Positions 30,464-40,950 are shown, numbered from the stretch's first letter. The stretch: 64,000 nt of DNA from Oligoflexales bacterium (GCA_044236265.1 JBIIGV010000001.1:18509-82508), one strand, 5' to 3'. Notes: a model not told the origin generated them from the sequence alone. Numbers and translations are program-made.

Positions 30464-32833
30464 ATGCGAGCAATTTTCATATTTTTGCTTGTTTTCCTTT
30501 GTGCTGGTTCCTTGCCGGTCTCAGCAGCGTCGCCTAAAAATACAAACCAAAAAAAGAAATCATCACCCATCGTGGAAGAAAAAGCGGTTGATTTAGGCAA
30601 AGCGAGCTTTAAGGAAATTCTCGATCGGTATGTGTTTATTGCAGATTTCAGTATTAAAAGCCCTGAGCGCCCGATCTCTGACGAGGTCTTCTGGAAATAT
30701 CCATTTAAGCTCCCTCCCGTGAAGTTTGAATTAGATTTCACAACCTATGATCTGCGCAAGCTAGTCTTTCAGATGCGCGGAGCTGGGAGGCATCTAGAGG
30801 CATTTAATGACGGCAGGGCAGCCTTCCTTGAAAAACAATATCTAAAAGCCACCGAAATCTGGTTTGCAGGAAGAAATACACAGACTGATGCATCGATGAT
30901 AAAGATTCTGGATTTTTTTCTCGCAGTCAATGCTCTCGCTTTCTATCAAGATCGTCTTGCCGATACAAAAAATCCCCCGACGGAAAAAGAACTTGAGGGG
31001 CTTTTAAAGCAAGTAGCTTATTTTATGGCGTCCGTATTTATCTCAAAACGCGATATCCCAGAGGCGAGAATTGATCAATATGCCCCATGGGCTCTTTACA
31101 ATATCGCGGCGATCTATCAGCGATTTGATCGGATGCCAAGTGTGTATGGCGCAGCGACCGAGGCGCTCTCAGCTCTTCTGAAATCTGGGAAAAATCTTCA
31201 TCGCTCAGAATTGCGGCAGTTGACTGCCGAGGCACATCTAAAAAATCAAGATCTTTTGAGTGCCATTCAAGAGCTTGATACAGCGCTTAGACAGGATCCT
31301 GATCCTTTGCAAGCATCTCGTATTTTCAACCGTGCTGGAGACATCTATTACGATCTAAATAATTATGAACTCGCAGAAGACATGTACGCGATGGCAAGCG
31401 CCGTTGAACGTGAGCGTCGAGTTTATAACGCAGGCCAAGCTGTCCTGCGGGGTGAAACGGCGTTTTGGCTTGGACGATTCGAAGAGGCCGAAAAAATGCT
31501 GAATTTTGCCATCGATGCTTCCATGAGAGCTCCCGGAAATGAATGGCTTCAAGATAGTCAAACGTTGCCTTGGGTGAACCTTCGCTCCGCAGATGCTCTT
31601 TTAGCGCGTGCCTCCAAAGCAAAAGACAAGCAACGCAGCGAGCTTTTTGCGCGGGCGCGACTTGCCTATTTTGGTGTTCAAACTAATTACCCAAAGTCGG
31701 AGGCAGCAAAGATTGCTGAGGTCAGACGCGCTTGCATGGAACTTCCAAACTATGAAGGAAATAACATCAAGCATTCGCGCGAGTTGCTTTCTGCTGTGAA
31801 AGAAAAAAAGGACGTGCCAGAAGTGCTCATGGAGCTTGTGTGGGCGTGTCATGCAAAAAGCTTTAGCGATCGCGAAAAGTCAGATGAGATGGTGACTCAG
31901 GTCAAGGGATTTTCAGAAAAATATCCTCGCAGTCGACATTTATCTGGGATGATTGATCCAGTTAGAGACGTTCAGGCGTCCAAAATCGATAGCTATTTTC
32001 AAAAAAAGCAGTGGGAGAATGCAACTCAATTTTTTGAGCAGCGGCGCACAGCTTTGTTTCCCAGGGTTTCAGATGGCTTGGCGACAAACCTCTGGACGGC
32101 CTACGTCTCAACGAGTCGAAGTGACGCTGCTGCAGAATTCTGGAGATCAAGTGCTCCGGCTCCAAAGTCTGATCTGGAGGTCCTAAGAGCTGCAGCATTC
32201 TTTTACGAAGCAGGCGCTGCGAAAGGTAAAGACCATTTTAGAAAGCAACGAGCGAATTTGGATAAAGTACTTCTAGGTCGCAAATGGGGCGAAAAGCCGT
32301 CGTCGGCAGAAGACGTTGGGTATTTAAGTCGAGTCCTTAGTTCTCCGCGCGTGGCTACGGCCTATCCATGGATTCTTAGGCTTCAAGATCAGTGGGGAAA
32401 AAATGATCCTGAAAATGGTTGCGCGGTGTTGTTCCCTCTCCTTTCTCGAATTCAGTCGGATGCCAAAGCGCGCAAGATATTATCATCAGACATGCAGCGG
32501 CGAGTGACGTCTTTTGGAGAAAAAAGTCTGTCTGAACTTAAAGAGAAAGATCCAACCTGCTTTCAGTCCTGGTTAGACTTAGAGGCGCGAGTGCTGTCGC
32601 CTTTGGAGCTTGTGAAGTTGTATACAGCGAGAAAAGATTGGCCAATGACTGGTCCTTGGCTAGAGAGATCGTGGGCGTGGTCTGAGGATCTCAATTCGCG
32701 GGGACGTTCGAAAGAGGCGCGAGAAATCTGGCAGAAAATTTTGGACTCTGCTCCAAAAGAAAGTTTCGAGTACAAGATGGCAAAGACCCGGCTTGATCCA
32801 GCCAGAACCGAATATGAGTCTCTTTGGCGATAG
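30464..32833 (+). CDS. Large exported TPR protein co-transcribed with motAB
   Basis: N-terminal hydrophobic leader; TPR repeats (AGDIYYDLNNYELA, GETAFWLGRFEEA); 5 nt after motB. Confidence 0.8.
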   Translation: MRAIFIFLLVFLCAGSLPVSAASPKNTNQKKKSSPIVEEKAVDLGKASFKEILDRYVFIADFSIKSPERPISDEVFWKYPFKLPPVKFELDFTTYDLRKLVFQMRGAGRHLEAFNDGRAAFLEKQYLKATEIWFAGRNTQTDASMIKILDFFLAVNALAFYQDRLADTKNPPTEKELEGLLKQVAYFMASVFISKRDIPEARIDQYAPWALYNIAAIYQRFDRMPSVYGAATEALSALLKSGKNLHRSELRQLTAEAHLKNQDLLSAIQELDTALRQDPDPLQASRIFNRAGDIYYDLNNYELAEDMYAMASAVERERRVYNAGQAVLRGETAFWLGRFEEAEKMLNFAIDASMRAPGNEWLQDSQTLPWVNLRSADALLARASKAKDKQRSELFARARLAYFGVQTNYPKSEAAKIAEVRRACMELPNYEGNNIKHSRELLSAVKEKKDVPEVLMELVWACHAKSFSDREKSDEMVTQVKGFSEKYPRSRHLSGMIDPVRDVQASKIDSYFQKKQWENATQFFEQRRTALFPRVSDGLATNLWTAYVSTSRSDAAAEFWRSSAPAPKSDLEVLRAAAFFYEAGAAKGKDHFRKQRANLDKVLLGRKWGEKPSSAEDVGYLSRVLSSPRVATAYPWILRLQDQWGKNDPENGCAVLFPLLSRIQSDAKARKILSSDMQRRVTSFGEKSLSELKEKDPTCFQSWLDLEARVLSPLELVKLYTARKDWPMTGPWLERSWAWSEDLNSRGRSKEAREIWQKILDSAPKESFEYKMAKTRLDPARTEYESLWR

Positions 32834-32927
32834 GTCGCTATTTTTGGAAAAAAACGATTAAAGCCAAATTTCCCCAATTAATCTGACAGAATTGCTAACC
32901 CATAGAGTCAATCCACCTAACTCTGAC

Positions 32928-32954
32928 TAATCATAAACAGCGCCCGTCCGATAC
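32928..32954 (+). promoter_or_regulatory. Candidate sigma28 (FliA) promoter for the MCP gene
   Basis: TAAT-N15-TCCGATAC versus consensus TAAA-N15-GCCGATAA. Confidence 0.5.
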
Positions 32955-32998
32955 CCTTTTGAAGTGTCTTCTATACGGCAAGTCAAAGAGGTGCTGCG

Positions 32999-34588
32999 AT
33001 GAAAACGACTCTTTTTGCGAGTCCCCTATTTCTTTCAACTTTAGTCGTTGGACCAACCATAGCTATCATGATGGCCCCGATGTTTGAGGCAACCTGGCTA
33101 CAGATCGCGATATTTGCAGCCGTCAGTGGTCTGGCTTCTGTGATTGGCCTTTTGCTCATCCATCTCGAAAATGAGCGGATAAAACGTGAATACGAACAAA
33201 AAGTTGCAAGCCAAAAGGTGGAGATATCAAAGCTCCAAAATGAAATTGAAGCCAAGGCATCATTAGAGTCCATTCAGATTCACGCAAATAAGCGCACAGA
33301 GATTTTACAGAAAAGCTACGATGAAAAACTAAGCGAAATAACTCGTCAAAAAGATCTTTTAAAGACCCAATTACTCATGGCAAATGAAACACTTTCTTCT
33401 GAGCGTAAATTAAAGGCTGACCTGATGGAGGAAGTGGTTCACCTGCGTGCTCAGGTGTCTTCTCAGGTAAACTTTGATAAATCCAAAAGTGGAATGTCAC
33501 TTATCGTTCGTGGTCTTGAAAATTCTTTAGGAGAAAAAGACGAGCTCCTTTTGACCCATGAAAATCTATTACGTAAGATTTTAGATCTTGTGCCAGCCAT
33601 TCACAGGCAGTTGGACGGTGTTATCCATCATACCGAATCAAGTGCGATCGAAATTGGCGAAAAAATTCGTCAAATTTACGACAAGGCGCATGGGAATATG
33701 AAAGAGTCGAACGAAATTGCAAGTCAGTTTACAGGAGATGAGCTTAACGGCCATGTTGAGTCGAATAAGTCCCTTTCGGCAGTTATCAATGAAGCTTTGG
33801 CTTTGTTGTCCCAGATGACGACGATGTTAGAGGAACATGGGCGTTTAAACGGCGACTACTCTGTGTCGGCTGCTGAAATTCTGAGTCACACGGCAAGCAT
33901 CAATAAAATCACCGAGGAAATTCAATATATATCTGATCAGACTAATCTTCTTGCCTTGAATGCAGCAATTGAAGCCGCTCGCGCAGGCGAGCATGGGCGA
34001 GGATTCGGGGTTGTCGCGGAAGAGGTCAGAAAGCTATCAGACCGAACAAATCAGGCGTCTGCAGATATCACCCAGATTGTTGCAAGGGTGAATGATTCTG
34101 TGCAGCACATTTCAATTTCACTAGAGAAGAATATTGAAAAGACGCGTTCTAATCGTGAAATGATTGATGAGGCCGTCACTGGCTTAACTCACAAGGCGAA
34201 GGAATCGACAGAGATTTTTGCAAAACTTGTACAGAGTTCAGTGGCTAGCTCAGAAAGTGTCGCAGAAAATATCGATCAAATTGTTACAAGCTTGCAGTTT
34301 CAGGACATTACGCGTCAGCAGATCCAAGGCGCTATGAGTCCTTTGAGGCAGGTTGGTGGTCTTGCAGAAGAAATGCTCACTAGATTTGGCGGGCGCGCCG
34401 ATGCTCCAAAGTCTGATCTTGGCAACACAATTCCTCTACATCGCAAGGCCTCACCAGAGGAGGCGCCCATTGTGAAGGCCGTCTCTATGCCGACAACTGA
34501 GAATTCAGATGAAAATGTAACTTCAGATTCAAAGTCTGATGCTGATGCAGCCAAAATTGCCGTTGGCGGCGATGTTCTTTTGTTTTGA
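32999..34588 (+). CDS. Methyl-accepting chemotaxis protein
   Basis: ISDQTNLLALNAAIEAARAGEHGRGFGVVAEEVRKLS; two N-terminal TMs. Confidence 0.93.
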   Translation: MKTTLFASPLFLSTLVVGPTIAIMMAPMFEATWLQIAIFAAVSGLASVIGLLLIHLENERIKREYEQKVASQKVEISKLQNEIEAKASLESIQIHANKRTEILQKSYDEKLSEITRQKDLLKTQLLMANETLSSERKLKADLMEEVVHLRAQVSSQVNFDKSKSGMSLIVRGLENSLGEKDELLLTHENLLRKILDLVPAIHRQLDGVIHHTESSAIEIGEKIRQIYDKAHGNMKESNEIASQFTGDELNGHVESNKSLSAVINEALALLSQMTTMLEEHGRLNGDYSVSAAEILSHTASINKITEEIQYISDQTNLLALNAAIEAARAGEHGRGFGVVAEEVRKLSDRTNQASADITQIVARVNDSVQHISISLEKNIEKTRSNREMIDEAVTGLTHKAKESTEIFAKLVQSSVASSESVAENIDQIVTSLQFQDITRQQIQGAMSPLRQVGGLAEEMLTRFGGRADAPKSDLGNTIPLHRKASPEEAPIVKAVSMPTTENSDENVTSDSKSDADAAKIAVGGDVLLF

Positions 34589-34630
34589 TTAATTTTCTGC
34601 AAGCTTGCAATCACTGTGGAGTGTTGACGT

Positions 34631-37600
34631 ATGGGTCGTAAGACACATTTTAATCGGCTGGAGATTATTAGCACTTCGTTGATGATAGTTATTGCTTTCC
34701 AGATAGCTTCTTGCAAGCAGAGAGATTCCAGTAAAAAGCTTATCTCCAAGGAAACGCCGCCGATCCCCCGCGTTGACGTAAACCCAGTTGATCAGGGTCG
34801 AGTTGAGGAGCTTCGTGTACAATTTAAACAGACGCTGGCAAAAATTCAAAGTGACCCAGAAGGGGTGCGCAGCATTTTGCGCGAGTCGATGCCGACTCCA
34901 GCAAAGAGTCGCGCAAAAACATTTATTATTCGTCTCAGACCAGGTTCGCCTTTCATGTTGGCAGGTGAAAACCCAGACACGCCTATTCTTGCGGCGGGTG
35001 GTGTGATTAAGAGTCGGCTTGAATTGGTAAGTGCCGTAACAGCTGAGTTTCCTGATTCTGACAGCGAAGATCATCTGATCGCAGTAAAGAAATTTTTAAC
35101 GGATAGTTTGCACGTTTTATCGGTTGAGCCGGATTTCAAGGTCAAGGCAATTGCGGTTCCCAATGATCCGAGATTCTCAGAGCTATGGGGTCTAAATGGG
35201 ACAGGGACTACCCGTTATGACATTCGCGCAGCCAATGCCTGGAACTTGTCGACAGGGTCGGCGTCTGTGGCTGTTGGCGTTGTGGATACTGGCGTTGACT
35301 ATACACATCAGGACTTGGCAGCAAATATTTGGCAGAACCCAGGCGAGAGTGGGTTGGATTCACTTGGTCGCGATAAGCGAACCAACAAGATTGATGACGA
35401 TAACAACGGATACGTGGATGACTTCCGTGGCTGGGATTTTTTTGACGGTGACAACAATCCTATGGATGAGAATAGCCATGGGACACACGTGGCAGGAACG
35501 ATCGGTGCCGTGGGTAATAACGGCATTGGAATTACCGGGGTTAATTGGAATGTTAAAATAGTTCCACTGCGGTTTTTGGATGCCGACGGTTCTGGGTACA
35601 TAAGCGACGCGATTTCTGCCATCCAATACTCGGTCAAACTTGGTCTATTTGCCACCAATCACAGCTGGGGTGGAGGGTCATTTTCTCAGGCCATGTTTGA
35701 TGCCATTGGTGCGGCCAACACAGCTGGCCAGCTATTCTTAGCAGCTGCTGGCAATGAATCATCAAATAACGATGTAACCGCTCATTATCCATCAAACTAT
35801 AACCAGTCCAACATCATATCCGTTGCTGCTATCGACAAGGTCGGGTCTCTGGCGTGGTTTTCAAACTATGGCAAGACAAAGGTTCATCTTGCCGCGCCCG
35901 GTGTGGCTATCCTGTCTACGATCAAAGGCAATTCCTACGCATCCTATCAGGGGACCTCAATGGCAACACCACACGTTGCCGGTGCTGCAGCGCTAATCAA
36001 GGCGCACAACCCATCCTTATCGGCAGCAGATATTAAGAACAGATTGATGACATCAGTGACCAAGCTCGCCTCCCTAAAGGACCGTGTAATCGCCGGTGGC
36101 ACGATGAACCTTGAGGCTGCCATGGCAGCTGGGCCTGATACGGTTGCTCCAAATCCCCCGTCTGGGCTGGCTGTTATTTCAAGAGGACTGAGGTCAGCGA
36201 ACATTGGCTGGACAACCGCGACCGATAATAATGACGGCGGTGTGATCAGCGGATATGAAGTCAGATTTGCGGATACCCCTATTTCAAATGAGATATCTTG
36301 GGGCGCCGCTAAGATCATCAACGATGTAACGTTTCAAAGCCAGGCCAGTCAGGTCGTTGCAACCTTAATTTTGCCATCAGGCGCCTCTGGCTATGTTGCA
36401 GTCAAATCTATTGATGGTTCCGGAAATCTTTCAACGATCAGTACAAGCGTCCAACTAACCCTCGTGCCATTTAATCAGGTGGCAGCATATTCTGGTGAGA
36501 CGATGGATGGAATCCCCACTACCCCTTGGATTATTGAAAGCGATAGTTTGCGCGGTCGCGTCTTTAGCGACGGCTCTGGTCGCTATCCCGCCAATACCAC
36601 TCGTCACTTGAAGTTGCCGGCAATTGCTATTCGCAGTTCTGACAACTTGGTGGTCCGCTTTTGGCATCGATTGGATATCGAAAATATTTTTGACAAAGGA
36701 CTGGTTACGATTGAGTCAAATCTGCCGAATTCTGAAAAAATTGTAGAATCCTATCGATACAAGGTTGGCGAGTGGACTCAGGTCGAGCTTGATTTGTCGT
36801 CATTTGTGCAACAGTTCGAACAGATTCCTGAAGTCCAATCAATCACTATTGGGTTTAAGCTTGCAAGTGATTCGAGTATCGAGGCCGATGGATGGTTTAT
36901 CGACGACATTGTGATTCTTGGCCAGCCATCTGCACTTACAGTTACTGGAGTTCCCGAAAACAACAGTACAAAAACTGCATTCAACGTTTCACTAAACCAA
37001 ACGACCGAGCAATCATCCATAAAGATTGATCAGTATGCATGGACTTATTTTCAGTCCTCCTCGTCGATCTCTGATTGTGGATCGCCAGCTAGCGATCAGC
37101 TGCGCCCATTGTCTCAGCCGATGACTGGTGTCATTAGTGAACTTGGGAAGAATGTCATTTGCATTTATGCCCCCCTTAAGGACTATTCGGCGAGCGTAAA
37201 GCGTTTTTATTCCTGGAACCGCATAGCAGCTGTTCCCCCTGTGGCTGTTGTATCAGGACTTCCAAGCACTCCATCAAATCTGTCGTCATTTACCGGTACT
37301 GTTTCGGGTGTCGGTGTGGAGTCTTATGCTTTTGTCGTAGTTGCTAATGACGAGTCTCTTTGTGGTGCGGCGGCATACGATAGCTGGAGGCCCATTTCGG
37401 AATCTTTTTCGGTGACTGTCTCGCGGGATCAAAATACGATTGTTTGTGTGAAGGGTAAAAATGCCGAGGGGACCATCCAATCGGGATACACTAAGGTTTC
37501 CTGGGTCAGTGACTTTACGCCTCCAACCGTAATTTTAAGTGGTGATCCCCCGACATCAACCACTAAGCCTGCTGGCGTGATTACGATTCAAGGCGGTGAC

Positions 37601-38977
37601 GTCGCAGGTTATGTGTTTGCAACTGGCGCAGCAGAATGTGGTGCCTATGGCTCTATCACTCCTGTGGCAAGCAAGGTTTCGCTATCTCTGACGCCAAACG
37701 GAGATGGTCCGCGGCGAATTTGTGTCAAGGGTGTAGATCAAGCAGGAAACCAGCAGCAAGAGCCTACAGTGCTTAGCTGGATTCAAGACACTGTGGTGCA
37801 GCCGATTGGGTTTGTTGGCCTTCCCTCTGCGGTTTCAAACGCCAAGGTTATGAGTGTCACGGCGGTGGCTTCAGAAGCAGGAAAATATAGATACGTTATT
37901 AAATCAGGTTCGACTTGTGACCTTGCGGCCTTGAAGTTGGCAGCTCTTCGCGATTTATCTACGAAGATTCTTGATCCACTGCCATCTGCAGACGGGGTCT
38001 ACACGCTGTGTGGCCGATTAATTGATGCCGCTGGAAACGAGCAGGAATCGCCAACGGCCTACACATGGACTAAAGACACGACACCCCCAACGGCTTTGCT
38101 TTCCAATTTGCCGCCCCCTAAGACCGCCTCCATGACGATCTCCGTTCAGGTATCTGGCGCAGGGGTTAGTAGTTATTTATACAGCATCGTCACAGGAAGT
38201 TTGCCATGTGATCCAGCTGCAGCGTCTCCCCTTAATTTTGTGTCCTCGGCCACGCCGATTACCTCGACGCTAACGACGAGAGGGGTTTATAAGCTTTGTG
38301 TGAAAGGCGTGGATTCGGTTGGAAACATTCAGGCACAGGCGACAATCCACACATGGGAGATCACGACTGCGCCGGTTCTGTCCGCTGGGTTATTGCGGGT
38401 TCCAGTGTCTCCAAACTCACGAGGATTCGTAAACATCGGAGTTACGAGTCCAGCGGGTCAAAATATCACAAAATATGTCTACGCTTTTGCGCCGGGCGTT
38501 CCTGCAAACTGTGCCAGAGTCACAACTTGGAGTACTGTCAGAAGCTTATCCTCCCCAATTACAGAGAATCTGGGCTCCTATCAGGGATATCGAACATTGT
38601 GCGTAAAAGGCATTGACCGTGATGGATTTGAGCAGATGATCCCGACTGTGATCACTTGGCTAAAAATTAACGGCGCGCAGTATAGCCCATCATCTTCTCT
38701 TTACGGTGCTGTAGGTGTGACCAGTAAGACGAGTTCATCGATTAATTTCGCGATCACAAGAAACACTACAACGAGACAAACCATATCAGTAAAGGTTTGC
38801 CGTTTAAATGCATCAACAGGTGCTATTGATGGGGCGTCTTGTCGAACCCAAAGCCTGACGTTTAACTCTGGTATAAAGCAGATCCAGGCCGCACAAGCAG
38901 GCCTTAGCCCTGGAGATCATATTCTAGTGGTTCTGCCGTCGTCCGGAAAAGTCGAGCCTTTAAATTTCTCTTTATAA
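34631..38977 (+). CDS. Lipoprotein subtilisin-family (S8) protease with FN3-like, beta-sandwich and six Ig-like repeat domains
   Basis: Lipobox IASC; catalytic triad VVDTG, HGTHVAG, GTSMATPHVAG; oxyanion AAGN. Confidence 0.93.
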   Translation: MGRKTHFNRLEIISTSLMIVIAFQIASCKQRDSSKKLISKETPPIPRVDVNPVDQGRVEELRVQFKQTLAKIQSDPEGVRSILRESMPTPAKSRAKTFIIRLRPGSPFMLAGENPDTPILAAGGVIKSRLELVSAVTAEFPDSDSEDHLIAVKKFLTDSLHVLSVEPDFKVKAIAVPNDPRFSELWGLNGTGTTRYDIRAANAWNLSTGSASVAVGVVDTGVDYTHQDLAANIWQNPGESGLDSLGRDKRTNKIDDDNNGYVDDFRGWDFFDGDNNPMDENSHGTHVAGTIGAVGNNGIGITGVNWNVKIVPLRFLDADGSGYISDAISAIQYSVKLGLFATNHSWGGGSFSQAMFDAIGAANTAGQLFLAAAGNESSNNDVTAHYPSNYNQSNIISVAAIDKVGSLAWFSNYGKTKVHLAAPGVAILSTIKGNSYASYQGTSMATPHVAGAAALIKAHNPSLSAADIKNRLMTSVTKLASLKDRVIAGGTMNLEAAMAAGPDTVAPNPPSGLAVISRGLRSANIGWTTATDNNDGGVISGYEVRFADTPISNEISWGAAKIINDVTFQSQASQVVATLILPSGASGYVAVKSIDGSGNLSTISTSVQLTLVPFNQVAAYSGETMDGIPTTPWIIESDSLRGRVFSDGSGRYPANTTRHLKLPAIAIRSSDNLVVRFWHRLDIENIFDKGLVTIESNLPNSEKIVESYRYKVGEWTQVELDLSSFVQQFEQIPEVQSITIGFKLASDSSIEADGWFIDDIVILGQPSALTVTGVPENNSTKTAFNVSLNQTTEQSSIKIDQYAWTYFQSSSSISDCGSPASDQLRPLSQPMTGVISELGKNVICIYAPLKDYSASVKRFYSWNRIAAVPPVAVVSGLPSTPSNLSSFTGTVSGVGVESYAFVVVANDESLCGAAAYDSWRPISESFSVTVSRDQNTIVCVKGKNAEGTIQSGYTKVSWVSDFTPPTVILSGDPPTSTTKPAGVITIQGGDVAGYVFATGAAECGAYGSITPVASKVSLSLTPNGDGPRRICVKGVDQAGNQQQEPTVLSWIQDTVVQPIGFVGLPSAVSNAKVMSVTAVASEAGKYRYVIKSGSTCDLAALKLAALRDLSTKILDPLPSADGVYTLCGRLIDAAGNEQESPTAYTWTKDTTPPTALLSNLPPPKTASMTISVQVSGAGVSSYLYSIVTGSLPCDPAAASPLNFVSSATPITSTLTTRGVYKLCVKGVDSVGNIQAQATIHTWEITTAPVLSAGLLRVPVSPNSRGFVNIGVTSPAGQNITKYVYAFAPGVPANCARVTTWSTVRSLSSPITENLGSYQGYRTLCVKGIDRDGFEQMIPTVITWLKINGAQYSPSSSLYGAVGVTSKTSSSINFAITRNTTTRQTISVKVCRLNASTGAIDGASCRTQSLTFNSGIKQIQAAQAGLSPGDHILVVLPSSGKVEPLNFSL

Positions 38978-39011
38978 ATAAAAAGTTTGCAGATCAACTT
39001 GGGTTCCCTGA

Positions 39012-40709
39012 TCAACTACCTAGAGCAATTAATAGAGAAAGTGTTGTTTTTGCGTCATTTGGATTTTCGCAGTTTCGCTGAAAACAGCGCTGAAGGTCAA
39101 CCGTGTCTATTTTCCCGCGGGTTAGTGCACGACAGATGGGCTCTGCAACAAGTTGTGCGAGATTTCGGGCTAATTCGTGATTAGATTCAAAGTTTGTTGT
39201 GATGAACTCGCGCGGAATACGCTTTAAGTTTTTAAGATCGTGGGCTTTTAGCGACCAGTGCTCTTTGATCCAGTCGAAAAGCTTAAGGGTGGCCTGGACC
39301 GTTCGTCGTCGCTCGCGCATGGAGCCGATCAGTCGTCTTCCTTTTGCCGAAAGGAGGTAGGATTCCAGCTGTCTGGTCGTGTGCATGGGCAGTCGCGGAT
39401 TCAAGATCTTATTCGCAATATAGCCGAAAGTGAACTTTAGACAGTGAGTGACGAATAGTGACTCGTCATTTTCAAAATCTTCATTAAGCTTTGCCAAAGA
39501 TCCAAATAGTATCTGCCCGGCCGCTGCGGCCAAGTTGTTAATTGTAACGTCCTGCATATAAACCAAATTCGATGCATAGCTTACGCTATAGCCCTCAATA
39601 CTCGCCTCAGACAGCATAAGATTACTAGCGGGCTCATTTAATCCAGCCAGGTCGTCGTCTATGTTTCCATGCATGATGTGAAATTGTTCAGACGGCTTGT
39701 TTGCAGATTTTAGCTTAAAAAATTCCGACAGCTGCTTTTGAATATGATCGAGGTGGTAGTCGAGGTCTAGCATGTCTTCGTTATAAAGCATGGTGTCATC
39801 GTCTTCCCACGTATCGAGATCGGCTTCGACGTCATCTGGAGCGATGGCATCTTCAAGATACTTGATTGGTCCAAGGCGACGGATCTCTTCCCAAAGTGAT
39901 TGGGACTGCCATTTAATCCATGGCGGGGAATTTATGACACAGAAGTCACGCATACCAAGGCTTAAATACTCGTCGCGATGGTGAATCTTATCAGGATCAA
40001 GCCCAAAGTAATACTTGTCGACATTGGAAAAGACGCGGACAGTCTTCTGCCCAGCCTCGGCAGACTTTTTTGCTATGGCCTCTGGCAAGTGGGTGTCGGC
40101 TAAGTGGAATTCCCCGATCATGCAAAAGATTTTGCTACTGGCATTTTTTGATGCGTGCTCAATAATGAGTGAGGCAGCGTGATCGTCCCGGGTTGCAAGA
40201 GAATCCTTGCCGCCTCGCTTGGTGTTGATGCCGATAATTTTCAAATTTTGATATTTACAAATTTCAAGGATCGGACGGTAGTTGTTCCAGGGAAATCCCC
40301 AAGTGTGATCGTAATCTATGGCCTCAAGAAGTTCATGATCCGAAATTTTTCCCGTAAGCCAATCGTCAATTAAGTACTGGTCTTCGGTGCGAAACATTTC
40401 CATGAATACGATGACAGGACCGTGATCAGGACGATTGAGATACATGCGGAGTATGCGAAGGAAGGCCCTTTGGCTTTGCTTATGACTATGAAAATCGCCA
40501 AACAGAACAATTTGCTGGGCGTCGATAGCCTCGAGAAGTTTGCGCGCTGGGATGCTTGTGGCTTTGGGGGGCAAGCTTTCGTTGAAAGCGACTTGGTAGC
40601 CTGATATGGACTCGTTATCAACGCCGGCGCTTTCGCGCGCTTCTTCAAGCGCACGTTGGTACATCGATTTTTGCAGTTTTAATAACTGTTGTTTTGCCGA
40701 TGACGCCAC
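39012..40709 (-). CDS. ChaN/EreA/TIKI-superfamily protein with a C-terminal extension
   Basis: IVLFGDFH, FMEMF, WGFPWNNYRPIL, RDDHAA, IGEFHL. Confidence 0.7.
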   Translation of the reverse strand: MASSAKQQLLKLQKSMYQRALEEARESAGVDNESISGYQVAFNESLPPKATSIPARKLLEAIDAQQIVLFGDFHSHKQSQRAFLRILRMYLNRPDHGPVIVFMEMFRTEDQYLIDDWLTGKISDHELLEAIDYDHTWGFPWNNYRPILEICKYQNLKIIGINTKRGGKDSLATRDDHAASLIIEHASKNASSKIFCMIGEFHLADTHLPEAIAKKSAEAGQKTVRVFSNVDKYYFGLDPDKIHHRDEYLSLGMRDFCVINSPPWIKWQSQSLWEEIRRLGPIKYLEDAIAPDDVEADLDTWEDDDTMLYNEDMLDLDYHLDHIQKQLSEFFKLKSANKPSEQFHIMHGNIDDDLAGLNEPASNLMLSEASIEGYSVSYASNLVYMQDVTINNLAAAAGQILFGSLAKLNEDFENDESLFVTHCLKFTFGYIANKILNPRLPMHTTRQLESYLLSAKGRRLIGSMRERRRTVQATLKLFDWIKEHWSLKAHDLKNLKRIPREFITTNFESNHELARNLAQLVAEPICRALTRGKIDTVDLQRCFQRNCENPNDAKTTLSLLIALGS

Positions 40710-40823
40710 GCGTTGGTCTCACCTTGGTGCTTGGGTTTTTTCACGAGAGAGTCCCCTACTTTAAATGCTATCAGTGGCTTACTGGGTCCCTAGTAGGCAG
40801 AAACGACCCATCATCGCCGGGGG

Positions 40824-40863
40824 TGTCCCGATTTCGGACATATGGCCGTCCGTATTGCGGTCA
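40824..40863 (+). promoter_or_regulatory. Tandem candidate enhancer (UAS) sites for a sigma54 activator
   Basis: TGTCC-N7-GGACA at 40824-40840 and a 12/17 copy at 40847-40863. Confidence 0.55.
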
Positions 40864-40934
40864 AAGTTTTTGTCGTCAACAAAGATCGATAAAATTATGC
40901 AAATAATTTCTGGGCCTTCTTGAAGTGCGTGCTT

Positions 40935-40950
40935 TGGCAGACGCCTTGCA
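40935..40950 (+). promoter_or_regulatory. sigma54 -24/-12 promoter for the AraC gene
   Basis: TGGCAG-ACGCC-TTGCA, 38 nt upstream of ATG 40989. Confidence 0.7.
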
